Assembly: GCF_044704955.1 (NCBI RefSeq)
Contig: NC_091993.1
Coordinates: 117,118,001-117,182,000 of the forward strand
Source of the DNA: Pristiophorus japonicus
Taxonomy: Eukaryota
DNA: 64,000 nt
Direction: 5' to 3'
The notes beneath the pieces were generated by a model. It saw only the letters and a program-made list of their open reading frames with translations. It made no database searches and was not told where the DNA came from. Below are positions 48,040-61,177 of this stretch, piece by piece; within the stretch, counting starts at the first letter, position 1; each line of letters opens with the position of its first letter. The translations under genes were made by a program, and so were the position numbers.

Positions 48040-48739
48040 TTTTTAAAAAACGTTTTACAACTTCACTTTCCACACACAGATCTTTACTTCACGGACCCTG
48101 CTTCCGCACTGAAGTATCGAACCATTCGTTTGCTTCCCTTTAACACTTGTGAGATCGTGACCACTACCATAACTGAGCACAGAAAGTGCAGCTTTCAGTT
48201 GTGACACCCTCAGACCTTACAACATGTCTAGTTTGAATAAATAAGTACCAAGGCATTCATGGTACAACACTCTGGTGCTATATAAAAGCCTAATTGTTTC
48301 CTTTCTTAGCCCAGTGTGAAGAATTGGATCAACTGTTTTAATTGTTGGTGACAAAATGACTGCTGCACGTAGAGTTAAAATCTTATAGCTTGTGCAATCT
48401 CTATTAAATCGTTTAAATTCTGTACAGTGTATTCAATAAGATGTGCTTTGTGATTCGTTTAATTTGCTTTGCACCATTTGTATTCTTGGGATTGTTTGTC
48501 TAAATGCAGAAGCACAACTTCAATGCACTGAAAGACTTTCCAGAAAATAAAATCCACTTGATAGATAATTAACCCTTAGACTTATCCATTGTCAATCTGG
48601 GAAGCTGTTTTTAAATTTGCATTTAAATTTTTTACAAATATAGCCTTTATGTGATATACAAGGAAGACAAGGAAAGCGAGCTAATTTGACATTGAAGTGA
48701 TTCGACAGCATCTCCCAAACCCACGGCCTCCACCACCTA

Positions 48740-49058
48740 CAACAATAACAATAATTTGTATTTATATAGCGCCTTTAATGTGGTGAAACATCCCAAGGCG
48801 CTTCACAGGAGTGTTATGAGGTAAAAAAATTTGACACGAGCTGCATAAGTAGAAATTAGCGCAGGTGACCAAAAGGTTGGTCAAAGAGGTAGGTTTTAAG
48901 GAGCGTCTTAAAGGAGAAAGGAGAGGTAGCGAGGCAGAGAGGTTTAGGCAGGGAGTTCCAGAGCTTGGGGCCTAGGCAACAGAAGGCACGGCCACCGATG
49001 GTTGAGCGATTACAATCAGGGATGCTCAAGAGGGCAGAATTAGAGGAGCGCAGAAATA
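48740..49058 (-). mobile_element. L2-like LINE 3' end
   Basis: GGRAFCCLGPKLWNSLP..FKTLLKTYLF; (TTG)n tail. Confidence 0.85.
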
Positions 49059-49154
49059 TAAACATAGAAACATAGAAAATAGTCGCAGGAGCAGGCCGTT
49101 CAGCTCTTCTAGCCTGCACCGCCATTCAATGAGTTCATGGCTGAACATGAAACT

Positions 49155-52135
49155 TCAGTACCCCCTTCCTGCTTTCACGCCATACCCCTTGATCCCCCGA
49201 GTAGTAAGGACTTCATCTAACTCCCTTTTGAATATATTTCGTGAATTGGCCTCAACTACTTTCTGTGGTAGAGAATTCCACAGGTTCACCACTCTCTGGG
49301 TGAAGAAGTTTCTCCTCATCTCGGTCCTAAATGGCTTACCCCTTATCCTTAGACTGTGACCCCTGGTTCTGGACTTCCCCAACATTGGGAACATTCTTCC
49401 TACATCCAACCTGTCCAAACCCGTCAGAATTTTAAACGTTTCTATGAGGTCCCCTCTCACTCTTCTGAACTCCAGTGAATACAAGCCCAGTTGATCCAGT
49501 CTCTCTTGATAGGTCAGTCCCACCATCCCGGGAATCAGTCTGGTGAATCTTCGCTGCACTCCCTCAATAGCAAGAATGTCCTTCCTCAAGTTAGGAGACC
49601 AAAACTGTACACAATACTCCAGGTGTGGCCTCACCAAGACCCTGTACAACTGTAGCAACACCTCCCTGCCCCTGTACTCAAATCCCCTCGCTATGAAGGC
49701 CAACATGCCATTTGCTTTCTTAACCACCTGCTGTAACTGCATGCCAACCTTCAATGACTGATGTACCATGACACCCAGGTCTCGTTGCACCTCCCCTTTT
49801 CCTAATCTGTCAACATTCAGATAATAGTCTGTCTCTCTGTTTTTACCACCAAAGTGGATAACCTCACATTTATCCACATTATACTTCATCTGCCACGCAT
49901 TTGCCCACTCACCTAACCTATCCAAGTCACTCTGCAGCCTCATAGCATCCTCCTCGCAGCTCACACTGCCACCCAACTTAGTGTCATCCGCAAATTTGGA
50001 GATACTACATTTAATCCCCTCGTCTAAATCATTAAAGTACAATGTAAACAGCTGGGGCCCCAGCACAGAACCTTGCGGTACCCCACTAGTCACTGCCTGC
50101 CACTCTGAAAAGTACCCATTTACTCCGACTCTTTGCTTCCTGTCTGGCAACCAGTTCTCAATCCACGTCAGCACACTACCCCCAATCCCATGTGCTTTAA
50201 CTTTGCACATTAATCTCTTGTGTGGGACCTTGTCGAAAGCCTTCTGAAAGTCCAAATATACCCATCAACTGGTTCTCCTTTGTCCACTTTACTGGAAACA
50301 TCCTCAAAAAATTCCAGAAGATTTGTCAAGCATGATCTCCCTTTCACAAATCCATGCTGACTTGGACCTATCATATTACCTCTTTCCAAATGCGCTGCTA
50401 TGACATCCTTAATAATTGATTCCATCATTTTACCCACTACTGAGGTCAGGCTGACCGGTCTATAATTCCCTGTTTTCTCTCTCCCTCCTTTTTTAAAAAG
50501 TGGGGTTACATTGGCTACCCTCCACTCCATAGGAACTGATCCAGAGTCAATGGAATGTTGGAAAATGACTGTCAATGCATCCGCTATTTCCAAGGCCACC
50601 TCCTTAAGTACTCTGGGATGCAGTCCATCAGGCCCTGGGGATTTATCGGCCTTCAATCCCATCAATTTCCCCAACACAATTTCCCGACTAATAAAGATTT
50701 CCCTCAGTTCCTCCTCCTTACTAGACCCTCTGACCCCTTTTATATCCGGAAGGTTGTTTGTGTCCTCCTTAGTGAATACCGAACCAAAGTACTTGTTCAA
50801 TTGGTCTGCCATTTCTTTGTTCCCCGTTATGAATTCCCCTGATTCTGACTGCAGGGGACCTATGTTTGTCTTTACTAACCTTTTTCTCTTTACATACCTA
50901 TAGAAACTTTTGCAATCCGCCTTAATGTTCCCTGCAAGCTTCTTCTCGTACTCCATTTTCCCTGCCCTAATCAAACCCTTTGTCCTCCTCTGCTGAGTTC
51001 TAAATTTCTCCCAGTCCCCAGGTTCGCTGCTATTTCTGGCCAATTTGTATGCCACTTCCTTGGCTTTAATACTATCCCTGATTTCCCTAGATAGCCACGG
51101 TTGAGCCACCTGCCCTTTTTTATTTTTACGCCAGACAGGAATGTACAATTGTTGTAATTCATCCATGCGGTCTCCAAATGTCTGCCATTGCCCATCCACA
51201 GTCAACCCCTTAAGTATCATTCGCCAATCTATCTTAGCCAATTCACGCCTCATACCTTCAAAGTTACCCTTCTTTAAGGTCTGGACCATGGTCTCTGAAT
51301 TAACTGTTTCATTCTCCATCCTAATGTAGAATTCTACCATATTATGGTCACTCTTCCCCAAGTACCTCGCACAATGAGATTGTTAATTAATCCTCTCTCA
51401 TTACACAACACCCAGTCTGAGATGGCCCCCCCCCCTAGTTGGTTCCTCGACATATTGGTCTAGAAAACCATCCCTTATGCACTCCAGGAAATCCTCCTCC
51501 ACCATATTGCTTCCAGTTTGGCTAGTCCAAGCTATGTGCATATTAAAGTCACCCATTATAACTGCTGCACCTTTATTGCATGCACTCCTAATTTCTTGTT
51601 TGATGCCCTCCCCAACATCACTACTACTGTTTGGAGGTCTGTACACAACTCCCACTAACGTTTTTTGCCCTTTAGTGTTCTGCAGCTCTACCCATATAGA
51701 TTCCACATCATCCAAGCTAATGTCTTTCCTAACTATTGCATTAATCTCCTCTTTAACCAGCAATGCTACCCCACCTCCTTTTCCTTTTATTCTATCCTTC
51801 CTGAATGTTGAATACCCCTGGATGTTGAGTTCCCAGCCCTGATCATCCTGGAGCCACGTCTCCGTAATCCCAATCACATCATATTTGTTAACATCTATTT
51901 GCACAATTAATTCATCCACTTTATTGCGGATACTCCTTGCATTAAGACACAAAGCCTTCAGGCTTGCTTTTTTAACACCCTTTGTCCTTTTAGAATTTTG
52001 CTGTACAGTGGCCCTTTTTGTTCTTTGCTTTGGGTTTCTCTGCCCTCCACTTTTCCTCATCTCCTTTCTGTCTTTTGCTTTTGCCTCATTTTTGTCTCCC
52101 TCTGTCTCCCTGCATAGGTTCCCATCCCCCTGCAA
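49155..52135 (-). pseudogene. CR1 ORF2 (AP endonuclease plus reverse transcriptase), frameshifted
   Basis: [32 protein letters not shown]; split over three ORFs with breaks near 51400 and 50260. Confidence 0.93.
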
Positions 52136-52137
52136 TA

Positions 52138-53064
52138 TTAGTTTAACTCCTCCCCAACAGCACTAGCAAACACTCCCCCTAGGATATTGGTTCCGGTCCT
52201 GCCCAGGTGCAGACCGTCCGGTTTGTACTAGTCCCACCTCCCCCAGAACCGGTTCCAATGCCCCAGGAATTTGAATCCCTCCCTGCTGCACCACTGCTCA
52301 AGCCATGTATTCATCTGCGCTATCCTGCGATTCCTACTCTGACTAGCACGTGGCACTGGTAGCAATCCCGAGATTACTACTTTTGAGGTCCTACTTTTTA
52401 ATTTAGCTCCTAGCTCCTTAAATTCTTTTCGTAGGACCTCATCCCTTTTTTTACCTATGTCGTTGGTACCAATGTGCACCACAACAACTGACTGTTCTAC
52501 CTCCCATTTTAGAATGTCCTGCACCCGCTCCGAGACATCCTTGACCCTTGCACCAGGGAGGCAACATACCATCCTGGAGTCTCGGTTGCGGCCGCAGAAA
52601 CGCCTATCTATTCCCCTCACCATTGAATCCCCTATCACTATCGCACTCTCAATCTTTTTCCTGCCCTCCTGTGCAGCAGAGCCAGCCTCGGTGCCATGAA
52701 CTTGGCTGCTGCTGCCCTCCCCTGATGAGTCATCCCCCCCAACAGTACTCAAAGCAGTGTATCTGTTTTGCAGGGGGATGACCACAGGGGACCCCTGCAC
52801 TATCTTTCTTGCACTGCTCTTCCTGCTGGTCTTCCATTCCCTATCTGGCTGTGGACCCTTCTCCTGCGGTAAGACCAACTCACTACACGTGATACTCACG
52901 TCATTCTCAGCATCGTGGATGCTCCAGAGTGAATCCACCCTCAGCTCCAACTCCGCAACGCGGACCATCAAGAGCTCAAGGCGGATACACTTCCCACACA
53001 CATAGCGCCCAGGGACACCGGAAGTGTCCCTGAGTCCCCACATGGTACAGGAGGAGCATATCAC
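52138..53064 (-). pseudogene. CR1 ORF1 (Cys-rich zinc finger/leucine zipper plus SGNH esterase)
   Basis: CxxC..CxxC, VIGDS, HIGTND, DGLH motifs; in-frame TAG at 52230-52228 just before DGLH. Confidence 0.9.
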
Positions 53065-53272
53065 GTGACCGAGCTCTCCTGCAATGTCTTAACCCTTAGA
53101 TACCCTTAAATTGTTAGTAACAATGCTAAAGTTCACTTACTGATATAAAAAAGAATAAGAAAAGCTACTCACCAATCACCAGCCAATCACTTACCCCATT
53201 GGCTGTGACGTCACTTTTTGATTCCTTTCTACTTCTATTTTGCTTTCTCTCCCACTGTAGCTGCACCGGTCG

Positions 53273-54004
53273 CCTTTTATAGGCCGCTCCCCTCTCACCA
53301 ACTGCCGCTGGCTCTCGATCTCCCGCTGGGCCTTTTATAGGCCGCTCCCCTCTCACCAACTGCCGCTGGCTCTCGATCTCCTGCTGGGCCTTTTATAGGC
53401 CGCTCCCCTCTCACCAACTGCCGCTGGCTCTCGATCTCCTGCTGGGCCTTTTATAGGCCGCTCCCCTCTCACCAACTGCCGCTGGCTCTCGATCTCCTGC
53501 TGGGCCTTTTATAGGCCACTCCCCTCTCACCAACTGCCGCTGGCTCTCGATCTCCCGCTGGGCCTTTTATAGGTCGCTCCCCTCTCACCAACTGCTGCTG
53601 GCTCTCGATCTCCCGCTGGGCCTTTTATAGGCCGCTCCCCTCTCACCAACTGCTGCTGGCTCTCGATCTCCCGCTGGGCCTTTTATAGGTAGCTCCCCTC
53701 TCACCAACTGCTGCTGGCTCTCGATCTCCCGCTGGGCCTTTTATAGGTCGCTCCCCTCTCACCAACTGCCGCTGGCTCTCGATCTCCCGCTGGGCTTTTG
53801 ATAGGTCGCACCTCTCTCACCAACTGCTGCTGGCTCTCGATCTCCCGCTGGGCCTTTTATAGGCCGCTCCCCTCTCACCAACTGCTGCTGGCTCTCGATC
53901 TCCCGCTGGGCCTTTTATAGGTAGCTCCCCTCTCACCAACTGCTGCTGGCTCTCGATCTCCCGCTGGGCCTTTTATAGGTCGCTCCCCTCTCACCAACTG
54001 CCGC
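53273..54004 (-). repeat. 58-bp tandem monomer array (~12.6 copies) forming the CR1 5' end
   Basis: Plus-strand unit starting CCTTTTATAGGCCGCTCCCC recurs every 58 nt from 53273 to 53969. Confidence 0.95.
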
Positions 54005-54464
54005 GGGCTGGCAGCCTCCTAGCATGTTAGCCATTACTGAGGTGCAGGGTGTGACCTATTTGCTGTATGTACCATGCATTGGGTAGTAGCGATCCTGGAA
54101 ATACACCTTCTATGGGACTTGAACTTCCTGGACTGTGTTTTCCTGCTGTTCCTGCTCCAGCTCGTCACCTGTGGCTCAGTGGGTAGCACTTTCTTCATTG
54201 GCTGTGAAACGCTTTGGGACGTCCGGCGGTTGCGAAAGGTGCTATATAAATGCAAGTCTTTCTTTTCCAAAATATCAATATCCACACTACAGAGTTCATT
54301 GAAAAGCTACTCTTTTAAAAACATAGGAATGGGAGGAGGTCTATTCAGCCCCTTCAACCTGTTCAGTTAGATCCTGGCTGATCTGCATTTTAACTCCATT
54401 TACTCGCCTCCTTGCCTAACAAAAATCAATCAAACTCAGTTTCGAAATTTTAAATTGATCCCTA

Positions 54465-54871
54465 GCTTTTTTTAAATTCATTCGCAGGATGTGGGTGTCA
54501 TTGGCAAACCAGTATTTATTACCCATCCCTAATTGCCCTTGAGAAGGTGGAGGTTTGGTACAACTGAGTGGCTTGCTAGGCCATTTCAGAGGGCAGCTAA
54601 GAGTCAACTACCTTGCTGTGGGGCTGGAGTCATGTTTAGGCCCAGACCAGGGTAAGGACAGCAGATTTCCTGCCCTAAAGGACATTAGTGAACCAGATGT
54701 TTTTTTCTGACAATCTGGTAGTTTCATGGTCACCATTATTCATACTAGCTTTTTATTCCACATTTTATTTCATTAACTGAGTTTAAATTCCCCAGCTACC
54801 CTGGTGGGATTTGAACTTCTATACTCCTTAGATCATTAGCTCGGGCCTCTGGATTACTAGTCAAGTAACAT
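54465..54871 (-). mobile_element. tRNA-derived SINE (head continues at 56798-56820)
   Basis: B-box GTTCAAATCCC; A-box part GTAGCATAGTGG on the far side of the transposon; LINE-shared tail. Confidence 0.75.
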
Positions 54872-55360
54872 GGGCTCAATTTTGGCCAGGAGTTGCTCCG
54901 TTTTTTTTTGGAGTAGGCTGCTTTTTCTGGTGTAACTTAAAAATCCCCAGTTTCCCCAATCAATTTGCACCAGCGTAACTCACTTAGTTAGGCTTTTTTT
55001 TTAGGTTATTTTTTTTTTTCTCAAAAGAGGGCATTACCAGCCAGTTCTGCCCATTTAGGCAACTTTGGCCAGCTAATAGTTATTCCATTTCTATTTAGGC
55101 CAGCGTATGTGGCCTTGAGAAAACCCTTGCGGAGAGATAAAGAAATCGGCACAGGTAGGTACATCAGAGGCCATTCGGCCTGGCATAGGGGCGGGAAGCG
55201 GAGAGGATCTGGACCTAAACCAACCAAGCCTTACCTTTAGCAATGTTTGCAAACAAAAACTACTAACAATTTTATAAGAATAAAAAATTAAAGTCCTACC
55301 TTCATCTTCAAACTGCAATTCGCCTTTCTGCACTTGGCACGGGGAGGCAGCGGGCCAGTG

Positions 55361-55843
55361 CGGGAGGCCACTCAGCCTGGGCTAGGGGCAGGACAACACA
55401 CCAGGAGGCCACTCGGCCTGGGCTAGGGGCGGGACAACACACCGGGAGGCCATGCGGCCTGGGCTAGGGGCGGGACAACATACCGGGAGGCCATGCGGCC
55501 TGGGCTAGGGGCGGGACAACACACCAGGAGGCCATGCGGCCTGGGCTAGGGGCGGGACAACACACCGGGAGGCCACTCAGCCTGGGCTAGGGGCGGGACA
55601 ACACACCAGGAGGCCACTCGGCCTGGGCTAGGGGCGGGACAACACACCAGGAGGCCATGCGGCCTGGGCTAGGGGCGGGACAACACACCGGGAGGCCACT
55701 CGGCCTGGGCTAGGGGCGGGACAACACACCGGGAGGTCACTCGGCCTGGGCTAGGGGCGGGACAACACACCAGGAGGCCACTCGGCCTGGGCTAGGGGCG
55801 GGACAACACACCGGGAGGCCACTCGGCCTGGGCTAGGGGCGGG
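55361..55843. repeat. 41-bp GC-rich tandem repeat, ~12 copies
   Basis: GGAGGCCACTCGGCCTGGGCTAGGGGCGGGACAACACACC(A/G), period 41. Confidence 0.95.
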
Positions 55844-55986
55844 AACGATTGAACTGGCAGGCATCGGGATTCAACGGCGAGGCTGCAAGCAAATCAACTG
55901 AGAGGCTGGTGGTGGGGCGGGGGAAGAGGGAGGGAGGGAGCTGGTAAGCATCGGGGGCTACAGAAAGGGAGAGGCTGCAGTAAACA

Positions 55987-56197
55987 TATTGTGTTCCTAA
56001 CACAGATGAGACTGCACACAGGGAGGTTAAAGTAACAGTGACCTTAGTCTTTAATAAGACACTCCAGAGTGAGGAACAGGCCTTAGGGGCCGGCTTATAT
56101 ACAGTGCTCCCAAGGGATGCTGGGATCCCTTGGGGCTTCAGGGGATGAGCTCCCTGGTGGCGGAACATGGGAGTGCATGCCTTTCAGATACACAACA
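55987..56197 (-). mobile_element. Solo LTR (Gypsy-like), 211 bp
   Basis: Perfect 5-bp TSD AAACA, TGTTGTG start, TATATAA, ATTAAA, ..CACAATA end. Confidence 0.85.
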
Positions 56198-58897
56198 AAA
56201 CACAGTTAAATAAATCTATAGGGAACTTTGATTCAGTAAAAGTAGAAGTGGCTTTTCAGTTCTGTCATATCAGACCATAAATATCGGGGCCTTTTTCTCA
56301 GAATTGTTGTATTTCGACGTTTCTCGTTTGGTTAGGTGTAGTTTATGAAAAGTGCACATTGACCAGAATTCTGAATTATTCGTGCTCTGAGAAATGAGTG
56401 GAAACAAAAAGTCTAGTATCTTCTGTTGGATGAATTACTTGTAATAAGTAATCCCTGAGTGAATTGATGAAAAACAAGAAAGCAAGATATTCAGCTCAGA
56501 AATGTGGTTGCGAAGACACAAGCAGCTCTTTAAAGGCCGATTGCCAACTCGCAGCGCTACTGCGCATGCGCGGACATCACCATTCTCCACTGCGCATGTG
56601 CAGACATCCCAGCACATTGTCCAGCGCAGAACGCAGGCTCCATCCCCCGAGTCGACTGGCCACGCTGCGCGCCTGCAATGAAGAGGCCAGACAGCGGCCA
56701 AAGTTGCAGCATTTTTTTACGGCGCATCTCCGAACGTACATAAGCGGCACAACTCCGGTAAGTGCTCTGAAAAACGGGCTCGGCCAAAATTGAGCCCATA
56801 GCCACTATGCTACTGTACTTTGGAGGCGAGAGCTCTGGATTTCCAATATATCAATATATCCGACACAGCATTTGAACTCGACTGATAAGAGGAATGAACA
56901 TACTGTTACAATGAAATATATTCTCAGCAATTTGCATGTTCTCCATCAATTTCTACTTAACAAACATTTAACAAACAAACAGAAAATATTATCAGGCCTG
57001 GGTTAATACGTATTACAGATATTTACTCCGAGATGCAAGCCAGGGCGAAAGAGTACGGCCACTGCATTAATACCAACTCGCATAATTAGCATCCCCTAGC
57101 ACACATTAGCACTAGTGCGCTGGCCCTGACGCACTAACCCCACCAATGTGACATACAAAAACAGGAAAAAGAAAGAAATTAGATATCCTCGTGTGGTGCA
57201 AGTGGCAAATCGCCAGCCGTTCGATCGGGTCTTTCTTTGAACTGGATGGTATAGTGCGTTAAAACCCCGCCCATTCACATCTGGTACTAGTGCTTGAATC
57301 CAAGCTGCACTATGTGATAAAAGTCTCCTTTCAGTGCTGGCTCAAAGAAACAAGCACGAAATAAGTCCGGCAGACTTTACCCGCAAAGGTTAAACTTTCG
57401 AGTCGGCCAGAAAGCGGGTACGGGGATCGCGATATATGATTTAAAGCTAGCCTCCACTTTTAAACGCAGTCTGCACTTCTTAAAGGGAAGGTGCATTCTG
57501 CATTCCGCTCCTCATTGAACTGGTTGTCAAGGCAACTGTTATGGCTCAACAGGACAGAGAAAGGTCACCCTAGGTTCTCAGATGCAGCACTGGAGAATTT
57601 GGTGCAGGGGTTAGAATGGAGAAGACATGTCCTCTGCCCACGGGGGCCAGGAGGCCCTCCAGACTCACAGTAAGAAGGCATGGGAGCAGGTAGCTGATGC
57701 GGTCAGTGCCAGCATTTCTTGCGCTGGGGAATTGGATCCAGTGCTGAAAGAAGCTTAATGACCTCATATGAGTGGTCAAGGTCAGTGAATGCATCTTCAA
57801 AAGCCATCTCCCACCAACAGCACCACTAGCCTCACACACTGCTCAATGCCTCACAACCCCATCACTCACCTACCAACAATTCCTGGCAATCACAACTCAC
57901 ACCTCACATTCATAGCTTTACCTCACCCTCACACACTTACCGCTACTGCAAGCCTCACACCCACATCTCACACCCAGCTATTCAACCATGACAGGCACAT
58001 CACGGTTTTGTTAACTCTACTTACCGCCAGGCTTGTTTTATTTCAACATTAAAAAAAGGCTGTGTTTAACTTTTGTGGAATTCAATCTTTTCAAACTGAC
58101 TCTGCCTCAATAGAGTCAGACTTAACCAGTAACTTCTTTAACCAGAGAGTGGTAAGAATATGGAACTCGCTGCCACAGGGAGTAATTGAGGCGAATAGCA
58201 TCGATGCATTTAAGGGGAAGCTAGATAAGTATGAGAGGGAGAAAGGAATAGAAGTATATGCTGATGGGGTTCGATAAAGTAGGATGGGAGGAGGCTTGTG
58301 TGCGGCGTAAACACCGACATGGACCAGTTGGGCTGAATGGCCTGTTTATGTGCTGTTAATTCCATATAATCACCCAAACACATTGCACCACACTGACTGA
58401 CACACTTCCCTTTATCTTGCAGGACAAGGTGACGTATAACAGGAGACAGCAGAAGCTAGCCAGCAGAGAACAGGCATGGCTGCATATCCTGAGCCAGCTG
58501 GAGTAGACGATGCTTGACATTATTGGCGGGGCCGTCACTGAGGCCGTGGCAATCGGTAAGGCTGAAACCATTGAAGATGTCGGTTTGCTCAGACCTAATC
58601 CTCCTTCTCACATCCCACTTCCCCCTCATCCCACAATCTCTTCTCACTTACAAGCTGCAGATGGTGTAAGCATGCACATCTTGCTTTCCACGCCATCCCT
58701 CACTGCAGCCCAGCCCTTGTGTCTTCGTCCTTTCACATAATCAAGAACTCCAATCCCCCCAGCCAGTGCAGGAAGAACAAGAGGAGAGAGATAGAGATGA
58801 AGAGACACGGTCACTCGATCTGACATTCACAGGCACTAGCTCAGAAACTGGCACTGCGCATACTTTGGAGGGCAGTATAGAGGTGGGATCTGCACAT

Positions 58898-60717
58898 AAG
58901 AGCATAAGAAATAGGATCAAGAGTAGGCCATTTTGCCCCTCGACCATTCATGGCTGATCTGATCTCGGGCTCATCTCCACTTCCCTGCCCGCTCCCCATA
59001 ACCCTTTATTCCCTTATCGCTCAAAAATCTGTCTATCTCCACCTTAAATATATTCAATGACCCGGCCTCCACAGCTCTCTGGGGCAGAGAATTCCACAGA
59101 TTTACAACCCTCTGAGAGAAGAAATTCCTCCTCATCTTAGTTTTAAATAGGCGGCCCCTTATTCTGAAACTATGCTCCCTAGTTCTAGATTTCCCCACAA
59201 GGGGAAACATCCTCTCTGCATCTACCTTGTCGAGCCCCCTCAGTATCTTATTTGTTTCACGAAGATTATCTATCATTCTTCTAAACTCCAATGAGTATAG
59301 GCCCAATCTACTCCACCTTTCCTCATAAGTCAACCCCTTCACCTCAGGAATCAACCTAGTGAACCTTCTCTGAACTGCCTCCAATGCAAGTATATCCCTC
59401 CTTAAATAAGGAGACCAAAACTGTACGCAGTACTCCAGGTGGTCTCACCAATACCCTGTACAGTTGTAGCAGGACTTCTCTGCTTTTATATTCCATCCCC
59501 TTTGCAATAAAGGCCATCATTCCATTTGCCTTCCTGATTACTTGCTGTACCTACATACTAAACTTTTGTGCTTCATGCACAAAGACCCCCAGGTCCCATT
59601 GTACTGCAGCATTTTGTAATTTCTCTCCATTTAAATAATGATTTACTTTTTTTATTTTTCATGCCAAAGTTAATAACCTCACACTTTCCCACATTATACT
59701 CCATCTGCCAAATGTTTGCCCACTCACTGAGCCTGTCTATATCCCTTTGAAGATTTTTTGTGTCCTCCTCACAACTTGCTTTCCGACTCATCTTTGTATC
59801 ATCAGCAAACTTGGCTACATTACACTTGGTGCCTTCATCCAAGTCATTAATATAAATTGTAAATAGATGAGGCCCCTGCACTGATCCCTGCGGCAGCCCA
59901 CTAGTTATCGTTTGCCAACGAGAATATGACCCATTTATCTCAACTCTCTGCTTTCTGTTATTTAGCCAATCTGCTATCCATGCTAATATATTACCCCCAA
60001 CCCAGTGAGCTTTTATCTTGTGCAGTAACCTCTTATGTGGCACCTTATCGAATGCTTTCTGGAAATCCAAATACACCACATCCACTGGTTCCCTCTTATC
60101 TACCCTGCTCGTCACATCCTCAAAGAACTCTAGCAAATTTGTCAAACATGATTTCACTTTCATAAAACCATGCTGACTCTGCTTGACTGTAGTATACTTT
60201 TCCAAATGTCCTGCTAATGCTTCCTTAATAATGGACTCTAGCATTTTCCCAATAAGAGATGTTCGGCTAACTGGTCTATAGTTTCCTGCTTTCTGTCTGC
60301 CTCCTTTTTTAAATAGGGGCGTTACATTTGCGGTTTTCCAAGGCGCTGAGACCTCAACAGAATCCAGGGAGTTTTGGTAGATTACAACCAATGCTTCCAC
60401 TATCTCTGCAGTCATTTCTTTTAAGATCCTAGGATGCACGCCATCAGGTCCAGGGGGAGTTGGATATGGCCCTTACGGCTAAAGGGATCAAGGGGTATGG
60501 CGAGAAGGCAGGAAAGGGGTACTGAGGGAATGATCAGCCATGATCTTATTGAATGGTGGTGCAGGTTCGAAGGGCCGAATGGCCTACTCCTATTTTCTAT
60601 GTTTCTATGTTTCTATGTTTAGTCCCATTATTTTACCGAGAACTTTTTCTTTAGTGATAGTGATTATTATAAGTTCCTCCCTCCCGATAGCCCCCTGATT
60701 ATCCATTATTGGGATTG
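58898..60717 (-). mobile_element. 5'-truncated CR1 inserted in the Harbinger element; itself contains a plus-strand CR1 tail (60453-60619)
   Basis: RT motifs in ORFs 59573-60439 and 58971-59384; flanking direct repeat GCACAT (58892-58897, 60718-60723). Confidence 0.92.
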
Positions 60718-61177
60718 GCACATGGTGAGTCACTGGGCACGAGTGACCTGTAGCCAGGGCAGGGGGAAAGGGTAGCACAGGTGCCAGCTCCCCGAAGGGC
60801 GAGGTCACACACGAGTTTTGCTACAGAGGACTCAGATGAGGACTTCGATGGGGTGGGCTACAAAACAAGGGCGATGGGCATGATAAAGAGCCAATATTGC
60901 ACAAGGCTTTGCGTAGAGGCTATGATTTCCAGGATTGACATGGTGGGCAATTTCATTAGAGCACTCGTGAGCCCAACCATGATGTGGGGTCCGATGGGCG
61001 ATGTCTCAGCTTCCACTGCAGCACAAGCAGAAGCGACCGAACATCTGAGTGTTACAGTGGAAGCTCAAACCTCTGCCATGCAAACTCAACTTGCTGCCAT
61101 CGAGGCTTGATTTACCAGTGTGGAAAGGGACTTGCAGGGTGCCACATCAGCCCAGCAATCTGTCCTCCAACAGATTA

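Larger units (their letters stand above)
49059..54004 (-). mobile_element. Near full-length CR1-clade LINE
   Basis: Tandem-repeat 5'UTR, ORF1, APE-RT ORF2, 3' (TTCTATGT)n tail. Confidence 0.95.
54872..56797. mobile_element. Non-autonomous DNA transposon (PIF/Harbinger-ISL2EU group)
   Basis: Perfect 16-bp TIR GGGCTCAATTTTGGCC, AT duplication, interrupts a tRNA-SINE head. Confidence 0.85.

Noticed and set aside
49155-53064. Active autonomous CR1
   Set aside because: Premature stop in ORF1 and two frame breaks in ORF2
53273-55843. 58-bp and 41-bp arrays as CRISPR-like arrays
   Set aside because: Head-to-tail units without unique spacers, no cas genes, vertebrate context; both lie inside transposons
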